NCBI RefSeq assembly: GCF_033153115.1
Contig: NW_026889803.1
Coordinates: 14,632,001-14,696,000 of the forward strand
Direction: 5' to 3'
From: Saccostrea echinata
Lineage: Eukaryota
DNA: 64,000 nt
Part shown: piece after piece, positions 13,902 to 28,308 of the stretch
How positions within the stretch are numbered: the first letter of the stretch is position 1
How the letters are laid out: the number at the start of each line of letters is the position of its first letter
Notes under the pieces: generated by a model
What the model was told of the DNA's origin: nothing
What the model saw: only the letters and a program-made list of their open reading frames with translations
The model's database searches: none
Position numbers and translations under genes: made by a program

Positions 13902-16900
13902 ATGGAAGGGCGAATGGTAGCCATACTTCCTCCTATTGAAAGGTACGCACAGAATGCGAAATCAATTTAAATACGCCAATCCTTTGTGAGAGTTATTGTC
14001 CTAAATAGGGCTTTACAGCTTTAATTAGTTTAACAATTTAGTTTGGCCCAATGTTTGCAATGAAGACACAGAATGGAATGCTCAGTGTGACCCTCTGATG
14101 AAACTTGCACAAACTGCTGTTGGAAAAATAATATGTTGACGGTGTGACCGTTAGGGCGAGCGTAGTTAGAATAATCTAACTGTGTCTCGGGACAGGCCCT
14201 CACCACAGTTAGAATGCCTCCCATATACCCGTAATGTAGCAGAAAATTGCAGAATCGCTCCGAAACGATTTTGGAGAAAATTAATGAAGTTGCATTGAAA
14301 ATAGCAGTCAAATTAATCATAACAAACCTTTTTGAGACTGTAAATACCTTTCATCTAAAAATTTAATCCATATAATGGAAGAATTCAACCCTTTTTCATC
14401 AACGTTTTTTTCTCGTTTCAAATTTACACACCAAGTTGACATTCGGAACTCTTGGGATTTTTCATAGTAAATGCACTGAGTTAGAGTTATCTCCCGTATT
14501 TTCTTTGCTACATAGACAATACACGGAATGCATTCTATCGTTAAATCGGGTCCGTAGGACATTTATCATTTAATGATAGAACATTCTATCAAGGGCAAGC
14601 GCAGATACTTTTATAAACTGTATTTAGACCCATTTCTTCAAACCGCACGTGACATATTGTACGTATAGACTCTGACATCACAGGACGTCATATGTAAGTT
14701 GCATTACCAAACCAAAGTCTGAACGCTAGCATGTTTTAATTAAGAACTTTTTATATACTATTTATCGACAATATATCCATTAAATCAAGACCAGTTTATT
14801 TTTTGTTGAACTTTTGTTGTCATTCTTGCGAGAACGTACTTAAATAAGCGATGCATTGTGGGTCCAAAGTTACTGCGGAAAAAAATTCTGTTGAATGAAT
14901 GTGCAGTTACGTAGTCTGAATTTTCTCTTCGCCCAGGCGTTGTCGTTAGAGCTGGCAGTGACGAGCTGCGCTTTGCGCCGCTTGCTTTTTTTTATGTTTA
15001 GGAAGATAACCATTCTTAATGAATCAGTAAAGATATATGCAGTAATCTGGTAATCAATGGATGCTTGCAACATGATTTAGGCTAAAACACATTAATATTA
15101 TTGGTATTAATATAGCTTCACTCTCAAATTTGCAGTCCATATTATTCTTTTTGAATTTAAACATACAGGATGTTTAAATAATTGTATGTTTAACATGTCG
15201 ACGGTGCGACCGTTAGGACGAGCACATGTGTGTATTACTGGATATCTATTCAGTTTTAAGTTAGATCCACCTCTTCAAACAGCACGAGACATTTGGTACG
15301 TCTAGACTGTGATGTCAAATGATTTTGGATATTAGTAACATTACCATAACAAAATCTGAAAATGGCAAATTTCAACAAAGAATGTTTAATTTACCATTTA
15401 TCTCTGAAATATTTATTAAAACAAAGTGAGATTATTATTTGTGGACTTTTGTTGCTACCCCAAGAACATGGTAAGCAGCGAGATGCATTTGAGTTGCATT
15501 GTGGGTTTTGATGTTACTGCGGAAAAAATTCATTTGGATCAATGAGCAAAGTCCGAATTTTCTCCTTACCCAGGCATTGTCGTTAGAGTTTGCAGTGCGA
15601 GTGGCACTTTGTGCTGCTTGCTGCGCTCATTATTAGTAGTAATAATAATTAATAACAGTTGCTTGTGATTTCTATATATTCCTGGTGCTTGTGTTAAATA
15701 TAATTATCATAATTAATTAATTAATTTTTTTCAGGAATATTTCTCCAAGAGCTGGTCAGCAATTTGAAGGACTAACAGGACCTTCATACAAGATTGAGGA
15801 TAAATCATATCCCTTACCAAATCCTAAAACTTTAAGGGTGAGATCATTTATTTGATTAGTATGCACATTATAAAATCAGCATATTTCTTACTGTCCTTTC
15901 ATAAGCACCAGTTTTTAAAGTGCTCCTTTTTCGAAAAACTGTTAATGTATTGTATACTGAATTTGAATGTTATACATGTAACTACACCAAAGAGAATGTA
16001 GAAGTAATTTTTTCTGTGTGGCATTAATTTACACTATGGGCGCGGTCACATATTTTCTGCGAAAATTTATCCCAGTGTACTTAAAAGTACATTTAGGGCA
16101 TATAGTGGCTATCTAAGAAATCCGTGTAATTTTCTACCCAGGGATTAAACAGAAATTGTGTTTCCGTGGAATTTTGACCCCGTGAAAAAAAGTGTGTTTA
16201 AATAATCACTAATAGTGACATGATTTTGTTTCCCTTACAGCCTTATGTTGACACAAGATCAGGAGATGTGGACACATGGCCAGCTCACGCCAGTGGCCAA
16301 GCAGGGGGTTCCACAACTTTGATGTTGTCCAAATCTAAAAGTCTCATTCTCTATGATGAAGAGGCTATGGGGAAACCCAAAATGATCCCCAAACCCAGAT
16401 TTCTGGAACAACTGGAGAGTTACTTGAAAAAAGAGTTACGGGCCTTGGGAGTCACAGATGTTAATGCTAATGAACTCAGACTACAGGTGATTTTATCTTG
16501 TAGTTAGGAAATCATATAGTTATAGTATTAGACAGTAACTGTTGTAGTACTGAAATGCAAAGAAATCATGAAAAGGGGTGAATAAAATGTAAAAAAAATT
16601 TAAAAAGAAAATGTACAATTTTTAAATGTAAAAATTAATTCAATGGATTCTTTATTATTTTTACAGGCACACAGAGAGGTTTTTGAATACTTGATTGAGG
16701 ACTTTAAAACTTACAAGCCTCTCTTATCAGCAATAAAAAATGAGTATGAAATGATGCTGGCATATCAGAGACAGGTCATAAGAGAACTGGAACCATTAAA
16801 GGTACACAAACACAGGTTTTATTTATTGATTACAAATGTACCCTCTGAATTTATCCACAGTTTGGAGTACATAGCTGATTTTCAAATGGAGATTATACAG

Positions 16901-19900
16901 ACATGATATTTACTGATATTTGAATTTTGTAGCAAATGTTAGTGACAGTATCAGAACAGTGTGATCAGAAAATAATGGCCATAAGAGAAGAAGAGAAGCA
17001 AGGTAAAGTACAGACTTTATGCTAAATTAGTTAAGTTTAAAAGTGTTAGCCTTATTTTGTGCTGTGTTTAAAATTTCAAATTCTTCATTCAGAGATAAAG
17101 GATTTGAAAGCTGAAAACAAGAGATTGCTAGAGAAAATCCAAAACATGCAGAATGAGCGGTTAGATCTGGTAGCAGAAGTGAAAAAGCTGGAAGATGATT
17201 TAGCGGAAACTTACAAAAATTACAGAGATGAATTAGACTCTAAAAAATTATTATTACAAGAAATGAATGACATGAGAGACCAGAAGGATGATTTAATGGC
17301 TTCTAAAGAGGCAGCTGAAATGGAGGCTCAAGATGACCCAGTTACCCTCAAAATAGCTCTCAGGTAAAATCACTCAATAAACAATCCCAGTCATAAAGAG
17401 ATTTATTCACTGAATACAGCTATCTGTGCCACTATCTGAGTATCAGTCTTGTTAATTGATACATACATGTATTTGGGTATTTCAAACTTGAGGACTCCAG
17501 GGGAGGGGGATTTGTGCACATGTAAAGGGATATAACCTGGGTATTGCACATACTTCCATGGATTAATATAACTTTGTGCACATGTAAAGGGACATAACCT
17601 GGGTACTGCACATACTGCCATGGATCAATATAACTTTGTGCACATGTAAAGGGTCATAACCTGGGTACTGCACATACTTCCACAGATCAATATAACTTCT
17701 TTTTAAGGAGAACATCAGTCTGAATTATTAGGCAGAGGTTTCAAAATTTTGGAATAAGTGAATCACACACATAATGAATCTCCAGAGACAGTCAAAATCA
17801 GTTCCATAAATCAGTAATTCATTTAACATGTATCCAATAAATTATTATTTTCTATCAATGAATAAAACTGTATATACTTGTTATGCGTGTATTTGTTTAT
17901 AGGTTTATTGTTGATATTGTTTATCTGTAGATCACTGATTAATAATTTATGTTTATTTATGAAAGAAATTCTTATGCATATTCCAACTGGTAAACTTTTT
18001 TTTTTCTAAATTTCAGACAAGCCAGAGAAGATGAAAAGAATGCCACAAAACGTCTGAATGACATGATAACAAACTACTATGATGTCATTCCAAGAAGAGA
18101 CTTTGAGAATTTAGAGGCTAAATATAACGTAAGTTGTCAATTTCTGTTGCATGTATGTATTAGTAGAATTTGTAATACTAGTAGTAATAAATATGGTATT
18201 TGCTAAGTATCACAAAAGTTTGTGATAGAAAACAAGTTTTTATCAGTTAATCCAGAACATTTGTCTAATATTTTAAATTTCTTGATTAGAAGGTTTTACT
18301 GACCAGATCATGTTTTTCTTTCAGAAATTGGTTGAATCCAATGACACACTGAAGGATGATTTTGATAAATTGAAAGCAGAACATGAGTAAGTAGTATTTA
18401 AAAAGAGATTCTGTGAAATTTTGATAAGCATGTACATATCGTTTTTTCCCCCTCAGATTTCTAAAAAATCTGTGAATTTTTCGCTTCTTGAAGAATATAC
18501 ATACATGTAAATTAATAACCATTTTCAGCGTTGATTAACTGCAACAAATTTTATTTTGATGAGTTTTACCGTTTATAAAGTCCTACAAGATATGAGCTGC
18601 CGACAACTTTTCCCTCACCGATACCTGTGTAATTTTCTTGTAGTACACTTCTGGATATTCAGAAACAAGTAACAAAACAGAGAGATGAATTCTATGTAGA
18701 ATTAGAACAAATGAAGAGGGCATCCACTCCAAGGTAATTCTATATTGATAAAGTATCAGTTGTAGTTGTGTTTTGTGAAGGTGAGAGGTGAAATTTTATA
18801 AATTGTATCAATGTACATGAACTTTTATCCTACTGTAAATTATTATTTAGTACATATATACCGAAACAATCAAAACTGTTAGTTTGTAAATAACAGGTAT
18901 CTAAAAAGAAATATGTGTTCATCAGATTTAAAAGTACAATCTTTGGTAAATTAGAACTACTGGGTAAATGTAAAAAGCTGTTTATATAGGGGAACTTAAA
19001 CCCATGTTTTATTTCAGTTGTCTACCTTCATCCTCATTTGGCAATATCAGAACAGGGCTAATTTAACAAAATGTTTTCAGACAAATTGCAATAGGGAGAT
19101 GTTTTACCCTAAAGTATTGTAAATCACTTATGTATTGCATTACTTTCATTACTTCAGAAAATACATGTAGCACTTAATTTAACAAAAGTTTTAGAATAAC
19201 AAAGTTATTTCTCCTTAAGAGTGAAATAATGAGGTTTTATGTCTAGAGGATCATACAAAAAATGAAGTTCTCCCAAATTTGTGATTTATAGTACATTTTG
19301 TTGGAAACAACAAAGAACAAAAATTTTACAGATAGTAGCAGTTGCTTGAAATCTTTTATATTCCTCAGACCTGACTGGGAGAAATGTGCTGATTTCATAT
19401 CTGGAGGTGTTGTGCGATGGAAGGAACTCTCTGATGGCAAGTCCTCCAATGAACTTGTGGACGTTTTGTTGGCAGAAGTCCAAGCAGGCGGACCTGTGGA
19501 CTCGGGAGGGGCTGAGTACTTTGATGGACAGGTACTGCACAATTTTTATACAAAAACCTGGAGGAAATGGGTTTGAAAGTTAATCTAGATATGAATAAAA
19601 AATTTTAATTATCTAAATTTTGCTTTAAAAAATATTTTTCAAAAGTTATGAAGTATGATTCTTTAAGTAAGTAATTAGAGGTAATTAAGATTTCATAGAC
19701 ATAACTTGTAGTCAGGAGAAGAAAATTGCTTGAAGGATTTTTACTGATTTTAAAAAAACAATTGAACTTTTTTTTCAATTTGCATTTACTAGAATTTTAC
19801 TGAAATGTTTGTTTTTTAGGGAACTGGGCCATCAGTTCCAAAATACCTAAGATATGATGGTCCTGTGAGGAATCGTCGTCTTGGAAAAAGAGATTGTCTT

Positions 19901-22872
19901 CTCCTCATTCGAGACATCTGGAGGGAGAAAGCTGCCCATGATGCATCTGTATGTACAATAGTACTATTCAGTCATGTTTTACAGGAAAATTCTAGAGTAA
20001 TGTAAACATACTTTCCTATGGGTAAAAACTCCATTGGGCCATGTTTTCCATTCAATCAGCCTCTAGAAAACTATGCAGATTTCTTGGATTGTCTTTGTAT
20101 GTCTTAAATGCTCTTTAAGTATGCTGTGACAAATTTCCTGGAAAATTAGTGACCTTGTACATGTTGTAAATTAGTCCCACATGAAAAAAAGGTGTACAAT
20201 AGAGAGGTTGAGATTTCATACGTGTACGTGTACGGGTACGTCTAGTGGGGGAATTCCCTAAATTTCTTGCGTATTACGTCATCAGATTTGGTGTTGATAA
20301 GTTTTCTTCACGTTCCTACAACTTGTAAAAAGGCATCTACACGTAGGTGTAAACTTGTAGCTTTTTCAATAAAAACTAGTCAATTTATGTTTGAAACTGT
20401 TATTGTTGTTAATTATTTAGGATGTTAAGTTTCATGAACACTTATTTTATCCATGTTTTGTTCACTAACTAAAGTCAAACTAATGTCACAAAACTACTAA
20501 ATAGTTGAAGTTACAGAGACACCGATTACAGTCTAAACGTTCATGTTACACGTCATTAAATCTCAACAGACAAATCATGAAAAACGTGTACGTCAAAATT
20601 TGTGCACACGTACACGTACGCGTACAAGTTTAAAATCTCAACCTCTCTAATATGTCTTTTTTCTAGATTAAAAAACTAAAATTTGGTTTGTTAAAAAACT
20701 GAGGAAGTGATAACCTTTTTTCATCTTCTATAAATTTTTTCAACAGAAAGGTGATGGGGAGAGGAGGGATACCATGGCTGACTTCCTGGATATATACCTC
20801 AGTAGACGATTTGCAATGGAGCAGATGAAGGTAGAATGGGGATATAACCTTCATGATGCCTGTCAAAAATATGCCAGTGATGATCTTGTCGGAATGTTTT
20901 GGGGAATTCTGGAAGACAATGTAAGAAAACAAATGTTTTGTTCTTTGGACCATTATTTATGTCTTTCACTTTTGGGGTTCTGATACATCATTTGCTTCAG
21001 AGCTATTAATTTAACATGTTACTCTGTTATTTTACTGAATTGACATTTCCTGTTTAGAGCCTTCTCACATGGATTCATTAGAAGTCATTCAAAAACAAAC
21101 CAAACACTTTTTTCAGATTGATGAAGAAATTTACCATGATCAGATGGCCAAAATAGAACAGCTTTTAAATCAGCTGACGTCCATTGATGTAGAAAAAGGA
21201 AATCCTGGAAAGATCACAAAGGATGAACTGAGAACTGGAATCCGGACAGTGCTTCCAGCTGTGGATGAGGAGTCCATGGCAGCACTCATCAAGGCTGCTG
21301 AGCTGGAACTGGATGCTCAGAATACAGAAGATATTGACTACAAAGAAATGTTCAAAGAGGTTAATATAACTATTATGATTGTCTGTTAGTTTTGATTTTT
21401 TTTTTTTTAATAGAAAGCAATTATTTACTCTGTTAACTTGATATATTAGATTCTTTAAATGTGGGTTGAATTTTTTTTTTCACTTAACTATAAGACCACT
21501 GAACATTAACTGGGAAGATTGGAAAATGTACCTTTCATCAGTTCCCTCTGTTACAGTCAAAACAATGAATTGGGCGTACAATTCAGGGGGAACCTCCAAG
21601 AAAACTTTCGATTGAAATGATAGTTTTGGAAGTGAATTACAATTCACTCACCTATTCTCAGGTGCATATACAGTAAAACTCATTTAGTGCAAGCATGGAT
21701 ATAGTGAACTTACTGTTATAGCAAATTTTTCAGGGATCCCTGGCAAAATTCTTAACAATTCCTTTAACAATAGTTGAAGATTAACAAAGAATTTATAAAG
21801 ATTAGTTTAAATTGTATTTAATACATGTACTCTGAACGTAATTGTTAGTCACATTTTAAGGAAAATATGTATATTGCGAATTTGCTATATACATGTATAC
21901 ATAAAGATTTTGTTATACATATATAACATTATGGATATATAATGAAGTAAATCCACAGATTCCTAGGACTTCGCTGTAACCAGTTTTACAGAAGAAATGC
22001 AACATCATTTTTTTTTTGAGAAAAAGTATTAAAAAATATATATATTGTTTTTCTGGATTAATCTTTAATAATCTAAGTAGAAGAATCTCAAATGTCCTCT
22101 CTGAGCCATAACCCAACCCCCTTCCTTCCCATTGCATTGTTTATCATCAAACAATTTGACTGATACATGGATGGAAATGAAGTAAACTGGATATTTCCAA
22201 TCTTGCCAGTTAATGCAGTTTAAAATTTCTGATAAGAAATTAATTTTTTTTATGAAATTTTTTATTAAAATGTTTTCAAATTGTTATGAATAAGTTCTGA
22301 TTTCTGATGTGTTTCATACGAGTTTTATCAACCTGTACAATTTTTAATGTCTACTTCAGGATGACGAGGGCAGGTTTGGGCCTTTCCTTGATGAAGTTCT
22401 AAAATGGATAAAACAAGACAGAATAAATTTTGGAGAGGAAGTTAAACAGAAGCTAGGAGAGAGCACGTAAGTTTTCTATTATTTTAGAATTTTTAAAAAT
22501 AATTACTACATAATTTACATTTGGCTTTATGTTCAATAGAATTCCAAGCAAAAATCACATTAATTATAGCATATGTCTCTATTTAGTCATTATAAACTAT
22601 ATCATGAATTTTATATCAATACATGTAATTCAACACTGCAACTCTTCATCACTGATTTTTTAATAATTACAACATTACTTCACAGCAAAGTAGAAGTTGA
22701 TGAAATGAAACAGCTGATCATGGGGGCGGCTCCAAACTTGGACACTCCCCAATTACTGAAGATTTTGGCCTGGGTGTTTGAGACGATCCCAGAAAATGTA
22801 CCTAGTGCTGAAGGCATTGAACTTTCTCGAGCCATTGAGAGGCTACAAAACTGCCATGTTCCACGATCATAG
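13902..22872 (+). CDS. TSNAXIP1: Translin-associated factor X-interacting protein 1 (coiled-coil), complete, ~710 aa
   Basis: 15 GT-AG exons in phase: 13902-13942, 15735-15837, 16241-16486, 16667-16801, 16933-17002, 17093-17363, 18017-18128, 18325-18386, 18644-18733, 19369-19531, 19820-19948, 20747-20920, 21117-21359, 22360-22466, 22686-22872 (2133 nt). Motifs PKPRFLEQLESYL..EL, RLQAHREVFEYLIEDFKTYKPLLSAIKNEYE, STPRPDW, VPKYLRYDGPVRNR. AATAAA at 23180. Confidence 0.9.
14135..15622 (+). repeat. Two diverged direct copies of a dispersed repeat in TSNAXIP1 intron 1 (~14135-14986 and ~15196-15622)
   Basis: Shared blocks GACGGTG.GACCGTTAGG.CGAGC, TTAGA.CC..TCTTCAAAC.GCACG.GACAT and TTACTGCGGAAAAAA...CCCAGGC.TTGTCGTTAGAG. 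The second copy lacks ~400 bp internally. Confidence 0.7.
17511..17698 (+). repeat. Minisatellite, 3 x 62 bp
   Basis: TTTGTGCACATGTAAAGGG...AACCTGGGTA.TGCACATACT starts at 17511, 17573 and 17635. Confidence 0.95.
20201..20648. mobile_element. MITE with a 3-bp AAT TSD (Harbinger-like)
   Basis: TIR AGAGAGGTTGAGATTT / AAATCTCAACCTCTCT. Subterminal CGTGTA repeats. AAT on both flanks (20198-20200, 20649-20651). Confidence 0.8.
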
Positions 22873-23645
22873 AGTCAATTCTTAGTGATCCTGGGTTTAA
22901 ATGAGTGTATCTGGTGATTTGAATGAAAGGGAGAATGAGAGGAGACAATGCAGACTTAAGGGATCATAAGCTATTTCTGTGATAACATTTTAACTGGATA
23001 GTACATATTTATTTTACGTACATATGCTGAGTATATGTACATGTATGCATTGTTAATGTATTTTTAATGTGTGAAGTTGTGACGATAGAACATTTCTGTA
23101 CCCTGGTCTGTGATACCTTATTTTTCAATGAAGTACATTAACATGTACTGTATGTCTAGTATACATCTATATGTATGGAAATAAAACAATTAATAATACT
23201 CTACTAAGTCTTGATATCCAATTTACATGTAAATCTGTACTAAAGAGGATTATTGGTATGTAGTTTGGAATGAAACTTGCTGTACTAAACTATTAGTTCC
23301 TTCATGGAAAAAAAAATGCCCTTGTCCATTTATTCCCAATTTTAATTTTTTTTAAAAATATGAATGGTACACTTGCAAATCAATTGCAACTTCTTGAGCC
23401 TTTTCAACATGTAGAAAAAACAATGTTGAATGTGTTACATAGGTGTCCATGACAACCCCTCTTTTCATAAACATTGAGGTAAATGTTGGGAGATCTTATA
23501 TGGGTAAAGTTTGGAGCAAAACATATATATAACCTAAAATACACTACAGAAGGGAAATCAACTCTGTCTATCCAATATTTTAATGAATAGTAATTGACTC
23601 CATTTTGTATAAACGTTTAACATCCAGTGAAGTAAATACATTCAA

Positions 23646-23865
23646 GGCCCCTTTTACAAAAGAACTTGTACGACAAAGACCAAAATTTGATTCTGCTTAT
23701 TGCTTTCTATTTTACATTTATTTGAAAATGGTTTTAATCTTTCTAAAATGAATTTAACAAGATATTTTTATGCTACATATTTCAAACAGAATCATCAATT
23801 TTGCAAAATTTTACAATCAACTGAAGTTTTTGATCTTAGTCGTAAGTTCTTTTGTAAAACGGGCC
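23646..23865. mobile_element. 220-bp Harbinger/Tourist-like MITE
   Basis: TIR GGCCC(C/G)TTTTACAAAAGAACTT extending imperfectly to ~40 bp. 3-bp TSD CAA (23643-23645, 23866-23868). Confidence 0.85.
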
Positions 23866-24329
23866 CAAGGTGTTTTTCTGGCCTGCCAGAAAGATCTGGC
23901 AGAGAAGAAGCAATCTTGCAATTTTTTTTTTATGGGAAAGGAAAGAATTGAGAGGACTAAGACTCAGGCTCAGGTTCTTTAATGAAACAGATATCCTATA
24001 TGTAAACATCAAATACAAGTATATAATTGAAATTCAGCTACTAAAAATGAAGCATTCTGTTGAGTGGAGCTAAAGAAAAACTTTACATAAGATAATGTTA
24101 CATCACATAACCTCTTAACCATCAAGAAAATACCTGTGATATAGCCAAGGGCTAAAGAGCTAAACTGAATTCACATAGTACATGTACAAACAAGGTATAT
24201 ACTAGCACTAGTTATAGTAAACATCTTGTGTGATCCTGATGATGAGTAATATCTATATTTATGTGCAGTTGAATTAAGAACATGTGAATATATAGATAAA
24301 AGAGAACATGGTATGTAGAAAATATTTAA

Positions 24330-24575
24330 GGGTGTATGCCACACCAAAAATTATTTTTTGGATGTATAAAGTATCTTTTGTGAGATACCATTTCAAATTT
24401 TCAATGTTAAGGGGCCAATATAAGATCTTAATTATTTTATATGAACTTTTTTTTGTATGTTTTCATAGAAAATGGAAAAGCTGTTTTTTAGTTGCAAATA
24501 AGACATTATGGACCTTGAAATTTGCTGTCAATTAATGCATACTATACATAAAATATTTTGTTGTGGCATACCTCT
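24330..24575. mobile_element. MITE with a TTAA TSD (Kolobok-like)
   Basis: Imperfect TIR ..GTATGCCACA.CAAAA. TTAA at 24326-24329 and 24576-24579. Confidence 0.6.
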
Positions 24576-24929
24576 TTAAAAATCTGAAATTTAAATTTTA
24601 AAGTCAACTGCTACCATAGCTATATTCAGTAGACAGATTCATACACGCAATCAAAAATTGGCACAGTTTTTAAGTCTCAACACAATTTCCCCAACATGAA
24701 CTAGCTAGCATAAATTGATTAGATTGTATTATTTTTATACAAACATATATTCAAGTGTAAGGTGAGTACATAAATTAAGATCTATTATCTATTAGCTAAC
24801 AATAAAAGTGCTAAAAATGGTGCAAGTGCACAGTCTTTATATAATTTATAAAGAAGTAAAGGATTAAGATTGAATTGTATTAAAGTGTTTTAATTCTTAC
24901 TGTTTTTTTAGCTACTGTGTCTATTTCTA

Positions 24930-26584
24930 ATGGAAATAGCAACACAAATTCTTGGTCAAGGTGTGTTCATCAATCCAGTCAATATTAATGGCTCAGTGAA
25001 GGTAGAATTTGTCGAGTTTGAACAGCCATTGGATTTTGACATCCATGACGAGTCCATGTTTGCTACCTCAGATCCTAGGTTTGAGTTTCCCCTGACAGAG
25101 GCAGATGTCACATGGCTGAACTCTCTGTTCACGCTGCCAGAGCAAGGCGAGACAAGAGTGAGGAAGGAATATCGTCTTCTGACTGAGGAGGAGAGGAATA
25201 ACTTCCATACTGCCATAAATATGCTGAAGAATGACTCTGTGAGTACCATACAAATTAAACTCTGCCACTTGTCATCACTTGCTGTGTCTGTCTTGTTGGA
25301 ATGAAAATGACCTTAAACTTTCAAAGATGTCAGAGTCAAAATGTTAATTCATTGCTTTTTAAATTTTCTGCAGACGGTGAGCCTGAATAAGTATGACCTG
25401 CTGGCCAATATTCATTCCAGATCCTCCAGTAACACAGCCGCTCATGGAGGACCTGGATTCCTAGGCTGGCACAGGGTCTTCCTATTATTGTAAGCGAATT
25501 TATTTACATGCTTATTACCACATCATTTTTTAACATATAAAAAAATCATTGCTTTATGTCCATAAATGGTGTGAACCTTCATGTTTGCAATTTCCTAAGA
25601 TTTTGTAATTTCAGATTTGAGAATGCCTTGAGACAGAAGATTCGAACAGTAACTTTACCTTACTGGGACTGCACCTTAGATCAGCCCCTCCCCCACCCGT
25701 CACAGTCTGTGATTTGGTCCCACTTATTTCTTGGTAATGGAAATGGACAAGTTAAAACTGGACCCTTCAGAAACTGGGACACTCAGTTTGGTTTTGGCCT
25801 GCTACATCGTCAAGTGTCTTCCCTCAGGCATCTCATGAGTGCTAATGATCTGAAAAACATCCTAGAGGAAGAGTACCTTGGAAATATCAGTTATCCTGAC
25901 ACAAAGTCAAGCAAAAATCTTGAACAGCTACATAATAATGTTCATGTTTGGGTTGGTGGACTGATGAGGAAGATAGAAATAGGTGCATTTGATCCAGTTT
26001 TCTATGTCCTTCATAGCTTTGTTGACAAAGTGTGGGAAGATTTTCGAATACACCAGAGGTCAAAGGGCATTGACCCCACAAAAGATTACCCAGAATTCTA
26101 TGGTAGGAGGAACCATGCCCCATTTGCTCCAATGGGATTAGGAAACATTATGGTGATTGATGGAATTAGCAACATTTGGAATGAAAATATTATGCATCTT
26201 CAACCTTCATGTGGAAATAATTCTACAAATGCATGTGGATCTAAGTTTTTGAAGTGTGGCCTTTCAATTGAGAGATGTGTATCTAAAACAATAGATGAAA
26301 TGCTGGAATATAAAGACATTGATAAAATCAAAGATTCAGTTGAGGCTAAACCAGAAACAAAATTCATCAGCTCTTCTACATTTAAATCAAATAATCTTTA
26401 CAGACAAACCTTTTTACAGAGCAATCATCTCAGCCAAATCTATGATAATTTCTCTCTATACAATGATGGAAATCAAATGGATTTGTATAGTGATACCTTA
26501 TATCTGCATTTATTCCCAGACATAGAACACAGTGCTATTCAAAAAGCCAAAGAAATATACACACAACATTTGAAATCAACTTGA
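24930..26584 (+). CDS. Tyrosinase-like type-3 copper protein (molluscan type), ~464 aa from the ATG at 24930; N-terminus uncertain
   Basis: Exons 24930(acceptor 24912)-25238, 25374-25489 and 25615-26584. Motifs RVRKEYRLLT; CuA IHS...AHGGPGFLGWHR; LPYWD; CuB HNNVHVWVGG...FDPVFYVLHSFVDKVW; Cys cluster PSCG..CGSKFLKC...CVSK. Confidence 0.92.
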
Positions 26585-27131
26585 AGTCCAGTCAATCAGT
26601 GAAATTGTTAAATTTTGACATCTCAAACACCAGTCTATACAAAACCAGGGATTCTACATTCCCAACTCTACTGTGAATTGGAACCTGAATTTCATTTTCT
26701 CTAACCGTCACATATCTCTCAGTTTTCAGTCACCTGTTGGATGAATACATTGAGATATCAATGTTTGCCTGTTTTTACCCAATCTACAAGTACTTTGTAC
26801 CAGTACATGAACATGCTTTTTCTCTAAATTGCAAATATGAAAATTTCATCCCATTATTAAGTCATATTGTCGGGGTTCTAGGAAACCATAAACCACAGAT
26901 CAAGTCTAGCATGATTTATTTTTTGCATTGGCAGGTACATGATTGATCATAAATACATGTAAGTATAATTAGAAATACAAATACATAATCTTATTATGCA
27001 CTCATTTTACTTATGTCTGAAACTTTGGAAAATATGGATGGAAAAGAAAAAAAAAATTACATACCACAAACAACCTAATAAGTAGAAAACTACATATTTC
27101 TGTAACAGGATTAGATTGGATTAAAAAATAA

Positions 27132-27213
27132 TGGACTCTTTTTATATGTAGAATAAAAAAATTCCACAACTGTGGACTCTTTTTATATGTAGAATAAAAA
27201 AATTCCACAACTG
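27132..27213 (+). repeat. Tandem duplication, 2 x 41 bp
   Basis: TGGACTCTTTTTATATGTAGAATAAAAAAATTCCACAACTG at 27132 and 27173. Confidence 0.9.
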
Positions 27214-28308
27214 TGTGTACTTCAACAAGCTACACTCATATAACCGGTTCCTCAGTCAAAATAATATTTATTTTATTTAATACTTTACATATAAATCATC
27301 TTATTGCTTAAATACTTTTTTTTAATCATCAACAGGTTAAAATGTATCATGAACTTTTGATGAGTATGTTAGGATAGCAGACCTTTCAACAAAAAATTAC
27401 TACATATAGTTACTGTCTAGCAGCAATTTGCGTGAAAATTTCAGTACTTTACAAGACCGTTAGTAGTTATATTCAATTTTGTTGTTTTTTTTTTTATCAG
27501 CGCCCTATTGAAATACCCCTTTTTTATAAGGTAGAGGAGCTTTTTATATATGAAATTGATATATCAGAACCTAAGGAGTACAAAATAAAATATATCAATT
27601 ACAGACTTAAAGCCCCAAACCAACCATTATTCATTATTCCTCCGTATTGTCAGTGGAATTTTTTTTTTATTACTTTAATGAAATGTACAGTGAAACCTAA
27701 TTCACATAACATCGATAGGATTTTCATTCAACAAGCAATTTTAAAAGAACAAAAAGATCATGTACAATTGTTAAATACATGTATATGGAATTCAATCATC
27801 TTCACAAGTAAAACTGTTAAAACATACTTCCTTAATGAAATATATGACAATAAAATTAACTTAACAGTTGTTGTAAATTCAAAACAAAATAAAAACATGG
27901 AAAACAATGTAAGACGTAAGTGTGTATACAATGACATTGCTCAATCTGTGGCCTTCCATTAGACTGAATACATATGAACAATAAAAATGTTAGACTTACA
28001 TTGTATGTTTACTGATGGTATCTTAATTTACATGTATATCCATATCTGACATCATTAAATTACATCATCAAACTACCCCAAAGATACATACATGTAATTT
28101 AGTCTACATACAACCCAGTGCAAGTCTGAGGAAGTTAATTTGCACATGTTGTAAAAGTGTTTTAATATAAAACATTTCAGAAAAAGCACTTTTACACATC
28201 AATTTCAAGAAATAATATGGAAAGACTGAAGCCACCTGAAAATAATGCTGAGAAGCACCAAGTTAGCAAGGTGATGACACAAGAGGGGTCAAAGGTGAGG
28301 GAGCATGC

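Noticed and set aside
17511-17698. CRISPR-like array (also 28829-29310)
   Set aside because: Head-to-tail tandem repeats without unique spacers, in a eukaryotic intron, with no cas genes.
27432-27962. 176-aa plus-strand ORF
   Set aside because: GTG start, AT-rich composition, no motifs or splice support. It is probably antisense to the 3' UTR of the minus-strand gene.
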